The notes under the pieces are model-generated. The model was not told the DNA's origin. It ran no database searches and saw only the letters and a program-made list of their open reading frames with translations. This document shows, piece after piece, positions 27,301 to 37,409 of a stretch of 64,000 nt of DNA. A program made the position numbers and the translations under genes. The DNA is from Schmidtea nova (lineage: Eukaryota). The stretch spans positions 363,320,001 through 363,384,000 of the forward strand of contig CM097882.1 of NCBI GenBank assembly GCA_044892505.1, written 5' to 3'. Numbering within the stretch: position 1 is the stretch's first letter; each line of letters begins with the position of its first letter.

Positions 27301-29829
27301 CATTAGGACATTTACTACAGCGCAGTGATAATGCAGACGAAAAGTGTAAATTATTGTGCAAGATCAAATAAAAGTTATTGTGTTGGGTGATCTGATTAAT
27401 TTTAAATAAAAAGAACAAGGAGTAGGATATTATTACTGACTTATTACTGATATTAAACCCAATAGTATAATATCAAAATTGAGAGAAGAAACAATACATA
27501 TATATACAAGGAAAATATTAAAACTATTTTTAAATTATGATACTAAATTAATGATACTAAATTCACATGTTTTAATTAAATTTGATATGAAACTTCTGAA
27601 GAGAATAAAACCTCAATTAAAGGGTAAAATCTTTAACCGTGTGTTCATTATTACAGCTCGATTTCAAGGATCAACCGAAATTTACTCCCATCATTATTTT
27701 CTAAAGTTGCAATACTAAAATAACAATTAGAAGATGCAAAATTAATGATCAATCGAGTTTGTGTTGAAACATCGGTATTAACTGGATATGAAATCGGACT
27801 TTATATGAAACATGCAATTTATCCTATGAAAACCAAGGAAATTGAACAGTTACTGTTTGGTCAGGAAGTATCATCATTCTACAAAAACAAATATCTAGAG
27901 ATAGAATAATGCCTTAATTTATTCTTGTACTTTTTCAAAGTGAAAAACCTTACAGTGGTTCATATACAACTTCGTGTTCAAAATTAAATCATTTTAATGC
28001 TATTTCATTATCTTTATCAAAACATACTATGTATACTCATGATTTCAAAAATAATAATTTCTGTGCTACACATATGCAAAGTATAGTAAGGAATATGGGG
28101 TATTGAGATCGAAACCTGAATTATTGTATAACTCTTGCAAAACGTCAGATTTCGATTTGAATCAAACTAAATTACTACAGAACGATTATCAAGTTTTTTA
28201 AAACTGTTGAAAATCCAGCGCATAGAATAATATATTGAGCTTTTGAAAATAAAATACGGATAACTTCTATTATCCAGCTCTATTAGTTAGTAAACTGCAA
28301 ACAATATTATTGATCCTGTACATTATTATTCTAAAAAATGTAGAAACCGTTTATTGCATTTTAAGCTCAAATTTAGGGATGAAATATGATAATTTTTCTT
28401 TAATATCTCGGACAAATTCTTTCTCGGCTGTAGTAATAATAACTGTGTCCCTTTTCCGTCATACTTTTCATTAGAGAATCAGTTAAGTCTCTTCCTGCTA
28501 AATCAATTTTATCAATAACATAAGGAAAAGTAATTCCTTCATATATAAGAACTGTATAAGTTACATCGGAATCTACAAAATATCAGTTGTTCTTCAGAAA
28601 CATTGAAAGACAACACAGCTTGAATAGAAACATAGATAGTTGACGCATTGACCGTTAGAAACATAATTCGAGTCATTTTTTCTGTTGGAATTTAGACTGA
28701 TTGGAGTTTCAGTCAATGACATTGTGTGTTCTTCAAGAACGACTCTCAATTCACTGTAGAAAGAATTGTGCCATATCCTTTCTATATCATCCCAAATGGT
28801 AACGATTACGTGTTCTATTGAATATTTCAAAATAAAAATACCACTCGTCAATTGAGCTTAATTAATGGCATTGTTGACTTTCTGTCACGTACCAACTTTA
28901 ACACATTGATGACGAAGTCAATAAACGATAGAAAGGAACATGACCCATAGAGCATCATCTCCAGTAAAACCAGCTTTGCATTTCCAATAAGTAAAGCGGA
29001 AACATCTTCATCTGCCAATTTATTCAAAATCTTGAGAGGTCAATAAAACCCGACGTTCACATGTAACCTTCATATGTGCAAATCAAAAATACACAAATGC
29101 GAATTGACCACAATAACTAAACCAATTGTATATAATAAACATTTAATTATTTAAAATGTCAAGACTAATTATTATGTCACACTAGGGGTTCTTTATCTGA
29201 CGTGACATCCTACTACTGTTAACAATAAAAAAAATTACATGGGAACATCAGATGTGCTCAAATGCCCAAACTTGTCCTGGAACTTTCCGGTCTCAACAGC
29301 TCTCTTAGTTTAAATTATATTCATTAAATTATTATTCACATATTTTATCACTAACGAGTTTTATGAGTCTCAAGACATTAATATAACTACTATTTAAAAC
29401 TTTTTATTAATTTTAATAACTTTTCTTATAAATCTTGGTCAATTATTTGCTTACATGATAAAATAAAATAGATGTAATATAATTTATAAGTACAAATTAA
29501 ATATGAAAAGAATTTTTAATTAAAAATATAATTAGTAAATTTTTTTAAATTGAGGCTAAAGATATCGAAAATAACAATATTTGTATAAAATTTACAAAAA
29601 ATTCAGTAAAATATTATTAATAACAATATTTCTAATCAGCTTATTACCTGGTCTTTACCATATATCTCGCCATTTAAAATATATCTTATCAAAAATATTG
29701 ATGCTGGATGCGCGGCTCCTGATAATACGATTTTCAGCGGCTAAATAAATCTCCATTAGTAACTTTTTATCTCCATAATGATAATATGCAATAAATTACC
29801 CTTTTAGGATCAGCTACAAAATTGTTCAT
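4924..29829 (-). CDS. MDH1: Cytosolic malate dehydrogenase (MDH1)-like protein, divergent; 6 exons: 29800-29829, 29648-29740, 18585-18681, 15353-15651, 10434-10727, 4924-5130; 339 aa
   Basis: Exons found by eye translate to [10 protein letters not shown] / [18 protein letters not shown] / [15 protein letters not shown] / ..[14 protein letters not shown] / LAAELGV..IIWGNHS..WNGT / TDWINM..FFSFPV..; all five introns are GT..AG and phases match (0,0,1,0,0); no internal stops. Confidence 0.88.
5673..6936 (-). mobile_element. Mariner (DD34D) transposon in MDH1-like intron 5
   Basis: About 30-bp TIRs CGTGGTGCGC..AATAAGT.GTGAGACTAA, TA target duplication at 5671-72 and 6937-38. Confidence 0.93.
5766..6779 (-). 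pseudogene. Mariner transposase, frameshifted
   Basis: [11 protein letters not shown] start, FVPRFL (WVPHEL-like), [23 protein letters not shown]; split over several frames. Confidence 0.9.
8915..9109. mobile_element. hAT-type MITE
   Basis: TIRs CAATGGCGTAGCTAGGG / CCCTAGCCACGCCTCTG; 8-bp flanks TGCCATAA / TGTCATAA (7 of 8 match). Confidence 0.75.
10434..10727 (-). CDS. MDH1: MDH1-like exon 5 (catalytic His motif WGNHS)
   Basis: [29 protein letters not shown]; TAG acceptor, GTAAGT donor. Confidence 0.9.
10960..11960 (+). repeat. Dispersed repeat family, copy 2, with internal GAATAATCTGAA minisatellite
   Basis: Palindrome at 11243-11280; distal block CACCCCGAGTGTCCC..GACTCTCTCGGG shared with about 21625-21680; contains an N gap. 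Confidence 0.75.
13590..13890 (-). mobile_element. Degraded mariner transposase fragment
   Basis: [24 protein letters not shown] resembles [23 protein letters not shown] of the 5.7-6.9 kb element. Confidence 0.55.
13950..14760 (-). mobile_element. Possible Gypsy integrase remnant
   Basis: Weak degenerate matches (EYVLLFG, LLAFREK, GPY/F-like KDHLR..RWYKY) amid many stops. Confidence 0.3.
14880..15240. repeat. Two-copy tandem duplication, period about 217 bp
   Basis: GATCTTAAAAAGA(C/T)CCTGATCA(A/C)TCCAAT(G/A)CGAAATTCTTT occurs near 14939 and 15156. Confidence 0.7.
15353..15651 (-). CDS. MDH1: MDH1-like exon 4
   Basis: Contains [31 protein letters not shown]; CTAG acceptor, CAG|GTTTAA donor. 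Confidence 0.9.
17517..17805. mobile_element. hAT (Charlie-like) MITE in MDH1-like intron 3
   Basis: TIRs CAGGAGTGGGCAAAC / GTTTGCCCATCCCTG; perfect 8-bp TSD CTCTAAAA. Confidence 0.9.
18308..18355. repeat. (TA)n microsatellite
   Basis: Pure TA run. Confidence 0.95.
18585..18681 (-). CDS. MDH1: MDH1-like exon 3
   Basis: [32 protein letters not shown]; TAG acceptor, GTAAGA donor, phase 1. Confidence 0.88.
19101..19645. mobile_element. Non-autonomous TIR element (PIF/Harbinger-like)
   Basis: 22-bp TIRs GGGGTCATTGCATGATTACGTC / GACGTAATTATGTAATGACCCC; TSD not clean. Confidence 0.65.
20190..20580 (-). pseudogene. Maverick packaging ATPase fragment in MDH1-like intron 2
   Basis: [36 protein letters not shown], homologous to 43.9-44.25 kb. 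Confidence 0.85.
21020..21720 (+). repeat. Dispersed repeat family, copy 3
   Basis: Palindrome 21136-21173 is the exact reverse complement of 312-349; distal block shared with copy 2. Confidence 0.8.
23190..23970 (+). pseudogene. Decayed ORF of unknown origin (about 260 codons)
   Basis: Less AT-rich than its flanks; one frame reads as protein-like with scattered stops (..[34 protein letters not shown]..). Confidence 0.3.
24113..24376 (-). mobile_element. Possible Penelope-like retroelement ORF N-terminal remnant
   Basis: [31 protein letters not shown] resembles the PLE N-terminal FL..C..P.F..K pattern; flanked by short direct repeats. Confidence 0.4.
24540..26465 (-). mobile_element. Gypsy LTR-retrotransposon remnant (RNase H to integrase)
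   Basis: [68 protein letters not shown]. Confidence 0.85.
25254..25727. mobile_element. hAT MITE nested in the Gypsy integrase remnant
   Basis: TIRs CAGCGGTCTCAAAC / GTTTAAGATCCCTG; perfect 8-bp TSD ATATAGAT. Confidence 0.88.
26466..28305 (+). mobile_element. Heavily deleted Maverick remnant (penton, major capsid and protease fragments)
   Basis: 26466-26680 [26 protein letters not shown] (penton); 27722-28190 [21 protein letters not shown] (MCP); about 28265-28305 [13 protein letters not shown] (protease); same order as in the intact copy. Confidence 0.8.
28310..29018 (-). pseudogene. Actin pseudogene (about the N-terminal 240 codons, no introns seen)
   Basis: (L)[68 protein letters not shown]; frameshifts, stops and ATG changed to TTG. 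Confidence 0.9.
29648..29740 (-). CDS. MDH1: MDH1-like exon 2 (Rossmann beta-A/alpha-B)
   Basis: [31 protein letters not shown] resembles MDH1 [31 protein letters not shown]; TAG acceptor, CAG|GT donor. Confidence 0.85.
29800..29829 (-). CDS. MDH1: MDH1-like exon 1 ([10 protein letters not shown])
   Basis: ATG, 10 codons, then GTAATT donor and a 59-nt intron ending TTTAG in phase 0 with exon 2; short exon, so less certain. Confidence 0.6.
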
Positions 29830-29949
29830 TATTAAATAAATTTTATCAATTATCGACCTATTTAAACACAAAATATTAAAATTTTGAAAATAATTTAGGA
29901 ATATATTATTTTTGAATATATTTGATGGCAAATAAATTTATATCATAGA

Positions 29950-32430
29950 ATTATATCATAGCTACTAAGAAGATTTATCCATGTCTGGAATTGAGCAGTT
30001 ATCGGTTTCTTTGTTCTTAGCATAAATGTGATAACTTTGTGGTGTGCTCTTAATGTAAATCTTTTTCTATATAGGTAGTGGTTGAAGTGTTGGCATAAAT
30101 ATTAGATCGCTAGTAATTCTTTCCTCGTTATGCAGTATCCCTTTTCTTGGTTATTCATTGCGTGTGAACCATATGCTATTACTTTTTCGGCATAATCCTA
30201 TTATAGTACGTTTTAAAAAAATAGTACGTTTTTAAAAAAATAGTACGTTTTAAGAAAATAGTACGTTTTAAGAAAATAGTACGTTTTAAAACTTAAAATG
30301 TTGTAACGTAAAAATAACTAGGAAACGTATATTTTATAATTATAAATATTCAAACACAATTGTTATTTTGTTGAGTTAGTATTTTTAAAAATTAATCCAT
30401 ATGTCAAAACACACCAACACAACTACAATCACGCCTGTTGTTTATGATTTGAACTTTATACGAACAACCAGAATAACAACATCTACCATTCATGAAGTTT
30501 TTAAACGAACACAGCTCGAAATTCTAGAATGAATGTCAAGTTATGGTCTTATATTCAATACCCAGACGTGTCAAACATGCAGGGGACAAATGAAATTGGT
30601 TATTTATGGAGTTGTACTTTACCATGTCGGAAGACAGTTTCAGTACGTAAAGAATCATATTTTGATGAAGTAAACTAAGTTTTAAAGAGCAACTATTGAT
30701 TGTCTTTTTGTGGACAAATAATTTGACACAAGACGAAATTTATGAAGATGTCAGAGTCAACAAGAATACATTAGTGGAAAAATGTAAGGGTTTGAGAGAG
30801 ATCTGTTGTTTGGCAAGTGAGAGATACAACGATTTATTGGGTGGACTTGATGAAAACCGGGTAGCCATCGAAGTCGAAATCGATGAATCTTGTTTCTTCA
30901 AGAGGAAGTACAATCAAGGAAGGTTTCGTGGGGAAAATTGGGTATTCAGTGCTTATGAACGAATAAGTAAGAAATGTTTTCTAGTACAGATTCCTAATCG
31001 AAATTCGGAAACATTGATGGGAATAATAAATACCCGTATTAGACCAGGAACGAGAATAATATCTGACGGCTGGGCTGCTTACCGCCAAATCAGAATTCAA
31101 ATGACTATTCACATGCGGTCGTAATTCATTCAGTCAATTTTGTATCACCTGATGACCCATAAGTGCATACACAGAATATTGAATCGACATGGGCCCATGC
31201 AAAAAGGAAGCTAAGGATGTAGTATGGTTCACGAGAATGTTATTTTGCGGGCTATTTGGGCGAGGTTCTATTTCGAAGAAGTTGAGAAAGATTTCGTGTA
31301 TTTAATGAGATATTAGTATGTTTTAGAACACTATTCGTGAATTAAAATTACTGTATTTGAATATTTATAATTATAAAATATACGTTTCCTAGTTATTTTT
31401 ACGTTACAACATTTTAAGTTTTAAAACGTACTATTTTTTTAAAACGTACTATAATAGGATTATGCAACTTTTTCGTTTCCTTTGTCATCCAATTTGAGAT
31501 AGAACTGCACCGATAGTATCGAAACTGGCATCAGTATCCAGAATGAATTCTTTTCTGAAATCTGGGTACCTTAGTATTGGGGATGATGGTACCGCGCTTT
31601 TCATATCCTCGGATGCACTCTCGCATCTTTCCGTCCATCTTTTATTCTTGTTTTTACCATAAAGTTCTTCCACTGCATATCCTTATCTCTGCATATCCTT
31701 TTATGAACCTCCTGTAATAATTACATATTCCCAAAAAACATCTCAAGTATTTTACACATTTTGGTGTGATGAATGATTTTATTGCTTCCATCTCAGAACG
31801 ATCGGTCTGGATACCATCTCTGTTAATGATGTACCCAAGAAAGTTACCATCCTTTTCAATATATGGCATTTCTCTGGAATAATTCTCAACCCTACACTCA
31901 TTATCCTTTGTAGAACTTCTTCTAATACCTCGTAGTGAATATCAAAATATCCTCTAGGTACACTGCTGTGCACTACATATTCTGTAATACTTTCAACATA
32001 AGTTCCTGAGACGTTCCTGGTGCTGCTGCGATATTGAAACAATACTGTCCCATCTTTGTTGAAAACGCAGTCTTCTGTTTTGATTCTTTTTCTAGTTTCA
32101 CTCGGTAGTACGCATTAACTAAGTCAATTGAGTGGAAGTGCTTTGCTCCGTTCAACGTGTCTAACATCTATGCTATATTTGGCATTGGTTTAATTGCCTG
32201 AAATCTAGACAAAATTTAGTGTCCTGTTTCTCTTTCTTTCATACCCAAATTAATGGAGTGTTCCATGGAGAGTTACACTTTTGGATGATATTGTTCCTTC
32301 ATAAATTATGGATTGCCTCGTCTATCATAGCTTTTCAGATTAACTGACTGTCTTCGTGGTTTAATATTTATAGGACTTCCTTGTTTTACGATTTTGTGTC
32401 TCAGCAGCTTTGCGCATACAATATCCCAAT
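29950..32430 (-). mobile_element. Gypsy remnant (RT-RNase H), split by a Merlin insertion
   Basis: SPWNTP, FCLDFRQLN, KTAFST, VYLEDIL, FLGICNYYRRFI, FILDTDAS..GAVLSQ, EKV|IAYGSH, TRKELLAI. Confidence 0.9.
30189..31466 (+). mobile_element. Merlin DNA transposon with long TIRs
   Basis: TIRs of roughly 190 bp beginning GGCATAATCC with internal TAGTACGTTTTAA repeats (5 left, 2 right); perfect 8-bp TSD ACTTTTTC; ORF has VEIDESCFFKRKYNQGR and IISDGWAAY. Confidence 0.92.
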
Positions 32431-33491
32431 CACAATATTCTGTGTCTCGGAACACTCTCCTTCTAAATTTGATATGTATCTTCCATTCGTATTGTGATGT
32501 GGTTGTTGTTCGGCGAGCATGTCAGAGTGTGTGTGTGGCTTTCTGGGATAAAACTTGCGGTCAAATAAAAGATTAGATTATCAATAATATTTTAATTATC
32601 AGAGATTTAAAGGATCGATATTTATGTGGGCAATTAAATAAGTTTCAATCGAATACATTTCCCAGACTGAAAACTTACGAAATTGAAGTAGCGAAATTAG
32701 AAACCTTTGACTAAGAAGTGTTCTATGAGAAAGAGAGTGAAAATAATGAAATTAATCAATCTATATGTCAAAGTCTAAACGAATTATTTGGAAAGAAATT
32801 CATGCTTAACTCAAATGATTCTTAGTCAAGAAAAAGCGAGGAAGTAACAAATTTTAATCAAACAATCATTTATCAAACCATTCCAAAATCTTTTGTCGAG
32901 GAAATTCGAAAAATGGATAATTTTGTATCAACTTCGAAAAAGAAAAAAATGTTATAGAACTTCTGATGAAATTTCTATATTACTTCCCCGATCAAAGTTA
33001 TCGTCCTTATTATCAAACAACTTCAACAATACATCACCAATGTTAATATTAAATAATGAAGTAGAAACTATTCAAAAAGCGAATCAAAATATTTACGTAA
33101 AACAAATTATCAATCCGAATATTTTTCATTAATTTCAAAAAATCAAAATTTATCAAATATTCCTCTAGCTTCATTTCAAAGTCTTTCTGATAATGAAAGT
33201 TACATGGATGATAATTACGGACAAAAGTGTCAATAATCTCAGTCATACCCCGGCCTACCAAAAGTCTCCAGTTAGGCAGTTATTTACGTATTGCAGTTTA
33301 TAATGAACGTCTGCAGTGCAAATATGAACAGCAAGGGAAACAAAGGTCACAAACACCTTCAACATTCTGCATGCACACATGTACACACACGCACGCACTC
33401 ACACACGTACAGACACACACAGAATATGACTACTCACACCAGACACACAACAGTGAGTCGTGTTAATGAAGGATTGTCATTTTCTTAGAAT

Positions 33492-33945
33492 ATGGCTACT
33501 CGTAGAGATCTTACAGACTTTCAGAAAGACATTATTTACGTATGTTTCCTTTGCGGAAAAAGTCAGAGTGAAACTGCTGCATTGACTGGCCATTCCAAAG
33601 GAACTACTAACTATTTCCTGAGGAAGTACCGACAGGAGCAGACACATGTCAACAAGCAACGTTCAAGCCGCCCTAAACTTCTGAGCATCCATACACAATG
33701 GCAGCTGAAACGACTGTGGTTAGTGTCCATATTTAACACTGGCCCTGTACATGCCAACATTTCCACCATTCGTTGCGCATTACATTTTCATGGTTCATAT
33801 GTCAGATACTGCGCAAGGAAGCCTTTGATTACAGAAAAAATTCGTCGTCGTCTCTTGAAGTGGTGCCAAGAGAGAAGGAGTTGGACAGCAGAACAATGGT
33901 GCTAAGTCATTTGAGTAGGAGGATGTGTGCACACTGGAGACAAAG
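33492..33945 (+). pseudogene. Tc1-like transposase 5' fragment (paired/HTH region)
   Basis: MATRRDLTDFQK..SQSETAALTG..RPKLLS..RKPLIT..RRLLKWCQERRSWTAEQW; truncated before the DDE core. Confidence 0.8.
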
Positions 33946-33949
33946 AAAA

Positions 33950-34640
33950 TGAGTCATAACAAATTTTTATGACTCATCACGATGACTCATCGATGACGTC
34001 ATCGATGACTTATTTCAAATTTGAATTTTATGATGTCATCGATGACTCATTTCAAATTCAAATTTTAAATTTGAATTTCCAAAGGTCAAAAAAGATCAAA
34101 CCTTCAAACAAGGGTACCATTCAAAAGGTCTTAGAGAGGTCTATACAATGATCATAACCTCGAAGGTTTATGGAGGGTCCTGAACCTTCAAGGGGTCTAA
34201 AACCTTAAAAAATATTTAAACCTTACAAGTTATATATCATTCGAAAGGTAATTGAAAGGTGAGTATGACGGTTAAACCCTCAAAGGTCCATGGTGGTTGG
34301 TCGACCCTCAAAGAGTTCAAAACCTTCAAAAATATTTAAACCTTACAAATTATATATCATTCGAAAGATAATCGAAAGGTAAGTACTATAGTTAAACCCT
34401 CGAAGGTTTATGGTGTGTTATTGACCTTCAAGGGGTGTCCAAACTTAAATGTTTTTAAAACCTTACAAGTTATATATCATTCAAAAGGACTTTTGATAGT
34501 GAGTTTGAAGGTCATACCCTTAAAGAATTCAAGTTTCAAAAATTTTAAAACTTCATAATATACATATCAAACAAAAGGTATTTGAGATGTAAGTATCTTG
34601 GTCATACTTTCAAATGTTAAAGGTGGGTGCTAAACCTTCA
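33950..34640. repeat. Maverick subterminal repeat block (TGASTCA cluster plus about 120-bp units)
   Basis: Units containing TCATTCGAAAGGT..AACCTTC recur near 34099, 34237, 34357 and 34477; one homologous unit at 53510-53680. Confidence 0.75.
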
Positions 34641-34806
34641 AATGGTCAAAACCATCAANNNNNNNNNNNNNNNNNNNNNNNNNNNNNNNNNNNNNNNNNN
34701 NNNNNNNNNNNNNNNNNNNNNNNNNNNNNNNNNNNNNNNNNNNNNNNNNNNNNNNNNNNNNNNNNNNNNNNNNNNNNNNNNNNNNNNNNNNNNNNNNNNN
34801 NNNNNN

Positions 34807-34957
34807 ATGATGACTATAAATCAAAATTTATTTTAAACAATAACACAATATTTCGGCACAGCCTTTATCAAGTGTGTATTTAAAATACACACTTGATAAA
34901 GGCTGTGCCGAAATATTGTGTTATTGTTTAAAAAAAATTTTGATCTATAGTCATCAT
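34807..34957. ncRNA. 151-bp palindrome with a minimal type I hammerhead-like motif on each strand
   Basis: 75-bp arms with 2 mismatches, centre 34882; plus strand ACAC-TTGATAA-A-GGC TGT GCC-GAAA-TA-TT-GTGT at about 34889-34921. Confidence 0.6.
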
Positions 34958-35017
34958 TATGAGAATTATTGATAATAATAATAAAAAAATATCAAAGGTG
35001 AAAAAAGATAATTATGA

Positions 35018-35020
<3 letters not shown>

Positions 35021-35073
<53 letters not shown>
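35021..35073. repeat. (TA)n microsatellite
   Basis: Pure TA run. Confidence 0.95.
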
Positions 35074-35075
<2 letters not shown>

Positions 35076-35559
35076 CAAAAGGTAATTGAGAGTTGAGTAT
35101 GATAGTCATATCCTTGTGTGTGTAAGCCAGGTTCCAGTACACATTCAAAGCTCGTTTCACGCGCGCTGTGTTTCCCTTGTGTGTTTATACACCCCGCATG
35201 CNNNNNNNNNNNNNNNNNNNNNNNNNNNNNNNNNNNNNNNNNNNNNNNNNNNNNNNNNNNNNNNNNNNNNNNNNNNNNNNNNNNNNNNNNNNNNNNNNNN
35301 NNNNNNNNNNNNNNNNNNNNNNNNNNNNNNNNNNNNNNNNNNNNNNNNNNNNNNNNNNNNNNNNNNNNNNNNNNNNNNNNNNNNNNNNNNNNNTAATAAT
35401 AATAAAACATATTAAAAACATATTAAAAACAATAATTATTTCACAAATAACTTTTAAATAACAACACAATAAAAATCAAAATGTTAAAAAAGCCGTTTTC
35501 AAAAATTATATTCAATTAATGAAAATAATAAATGTTCACAACTCTGGAAAATGTGGATG

Positions 35560-36869
35560 CACAAATTAATCATTGAAATCTGCATCGTTGAGCTCCGGCA
35601 GCATTTCTTCTAGAGTATCGGTGTCGTCAAGATCTACAACTGGTGTCATGTCCTCTAAAATGGCCATATGCGTAACTTTTATTTTTACCTACCCAATTCC
35701 GTTTATCGTCTGCATTAGTTAACGCTCTTTTGTTATGTCTATGCTCTACAGTTGATGATTTTTATTAGCTATACGAAAAGGGCACTGTGTATATTTTATT
35801 TGTGCTAAAACAATCTAGGTGAGATTCATGCGTTAAACCACTATCTGGCAATGTGATACCTTTAGCTTTTAATATGTCATCTTTGCCTTTCATACTGTAG
35901 CATTTAGGTCTTAAAAATATCCACTTATCATAACCAAATCCTTTGCTCTCGTCCTTAAACTTTCCTATCACAGAGTCAAGGTTCCTATTGTAAAATGGGT
36001 CTGTTGGTTCATAATTTGATGTGTCTAGCAAATTATCTCGAATCATAGCTGGTAATAGATTGACCAATTTACAATTTTTGATTTCCAAGAAAAAGGAATC
36101 GGTGTCCCCAGCAATAATATTGATTTGGCAATCAAATTCGTCTCGATATTTTTGCAAATCAATATATTGCGGCTGATACATTCGTAGTTTGGACAGATCT
36201 AGTACTGTTTGACCAATGTAACTAGGTCTGTCCAAACACACCTAGTCCTTTCTAAGCAAAACAGAAATTAAATCGTCATCTATTTTTGTGCTCCGTCTGA
36301 ATGATGCCAACAACCAATTTGATTAATTAAATTTGAATTATTTAAAGTTTGGCTTTTTGAATTTTGATTAATTAAATTTTGATTAATAGAATTATCTTTT
36401 ATCGAAAAAGAATTAATTATTAGAGGCATTAATTCCTCTTCGTCATCAAAAATTGTAATAATTTCTGTTTTAATAATTTTAGGTGAATTAATATTAATAT
36501 TGTTATTACTTTTTCTTTTATTAGATGATTTATTATTATTAGATGTGTTATTTGGTATATAAGATGAGTTATTATTATTAGATGAACTATTAGTTATTAT
36601 GGTATTATTTAGTTTATTAATAACTGTGTTTTTATTTTGTAATGTTGATTGTTGTATTATTTTAAAAAGATTATTTTTCGATGTCATGAATTGTGTTAAG
36701 TGATTATAATGTTTATCATAAAACTCTTTATATGTTGTTGTCTCAGCTATTTTACATGTGGGACAAATAAAAAACATCACACGGTTGTAGATATTTTTTT
36801 AGTATGTTTCCATAACTACGCGGCAGTCGTTATGTAACGTACTAATGCAGTAATTTGTTTACAAATTAC
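35560..36869 (-). pseudogene. pPolB copy A, internally deleted
   Basis: N-terminal HNDC..CPTC/Asn-rich part joins directly to the C-terminal DRPSY..AGDTDS..FLRPKCY..KAKG part near 36310. Confidence 0.9.
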
Positions 36870-37409
36870 CTATAATAATTAAAAATGCATAAATAATTTT
36901 CAAAATCATATATTAATTATTTATAAAAAATATGACTATTAAATATCAAAATAATCAATATTTATATTAATCAAATATTAAATTAATAAAAACTATCATT
37001 TAACCTATTAAGTAATATTTTAATAAGCGTAACATATTAAATTATTAAGTAATATATTAAAATATTAACAAAAGAATAATAAAAACCTATAAGAACATAT
37101 TAATTACCTATAAAAAATATTAGATACTTATAATAANNNNNNNNNNNNNNNNNNNNNNNNNNNNNNNNNNNNNNNNNNNNNNNNNNNNNNNNNNNNNNNN
37201 NNNNNNNNNNNNNNNNNNNNNNNNNNNNNNNNNNNNNNNNNNNNNNNNNNNNNNNNNNNNNNNNNNNNNNNNNNNNNNNNNNNNNTTATTATTAACTATA
37301 ATATATTTATTACTTATATTCAAAATAAATATTATTATACAAAGCATGATTATTATTATATAAAAGAATACGATAAATTAAAAACTTTAAAAATAAAATA
37401 AAAACATAC

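Noticed and set aside
28594-28851. Functional actin or actin-related gene
   Set aside because: Lost start codon, several frameshifts and stops, and 3' truncation
24540-32430. One Gypsy element split by the MDH1-like exons 1-2
   Set aside because: Both pieces contain the same RNase H segment with different sequences, so they are separate copies
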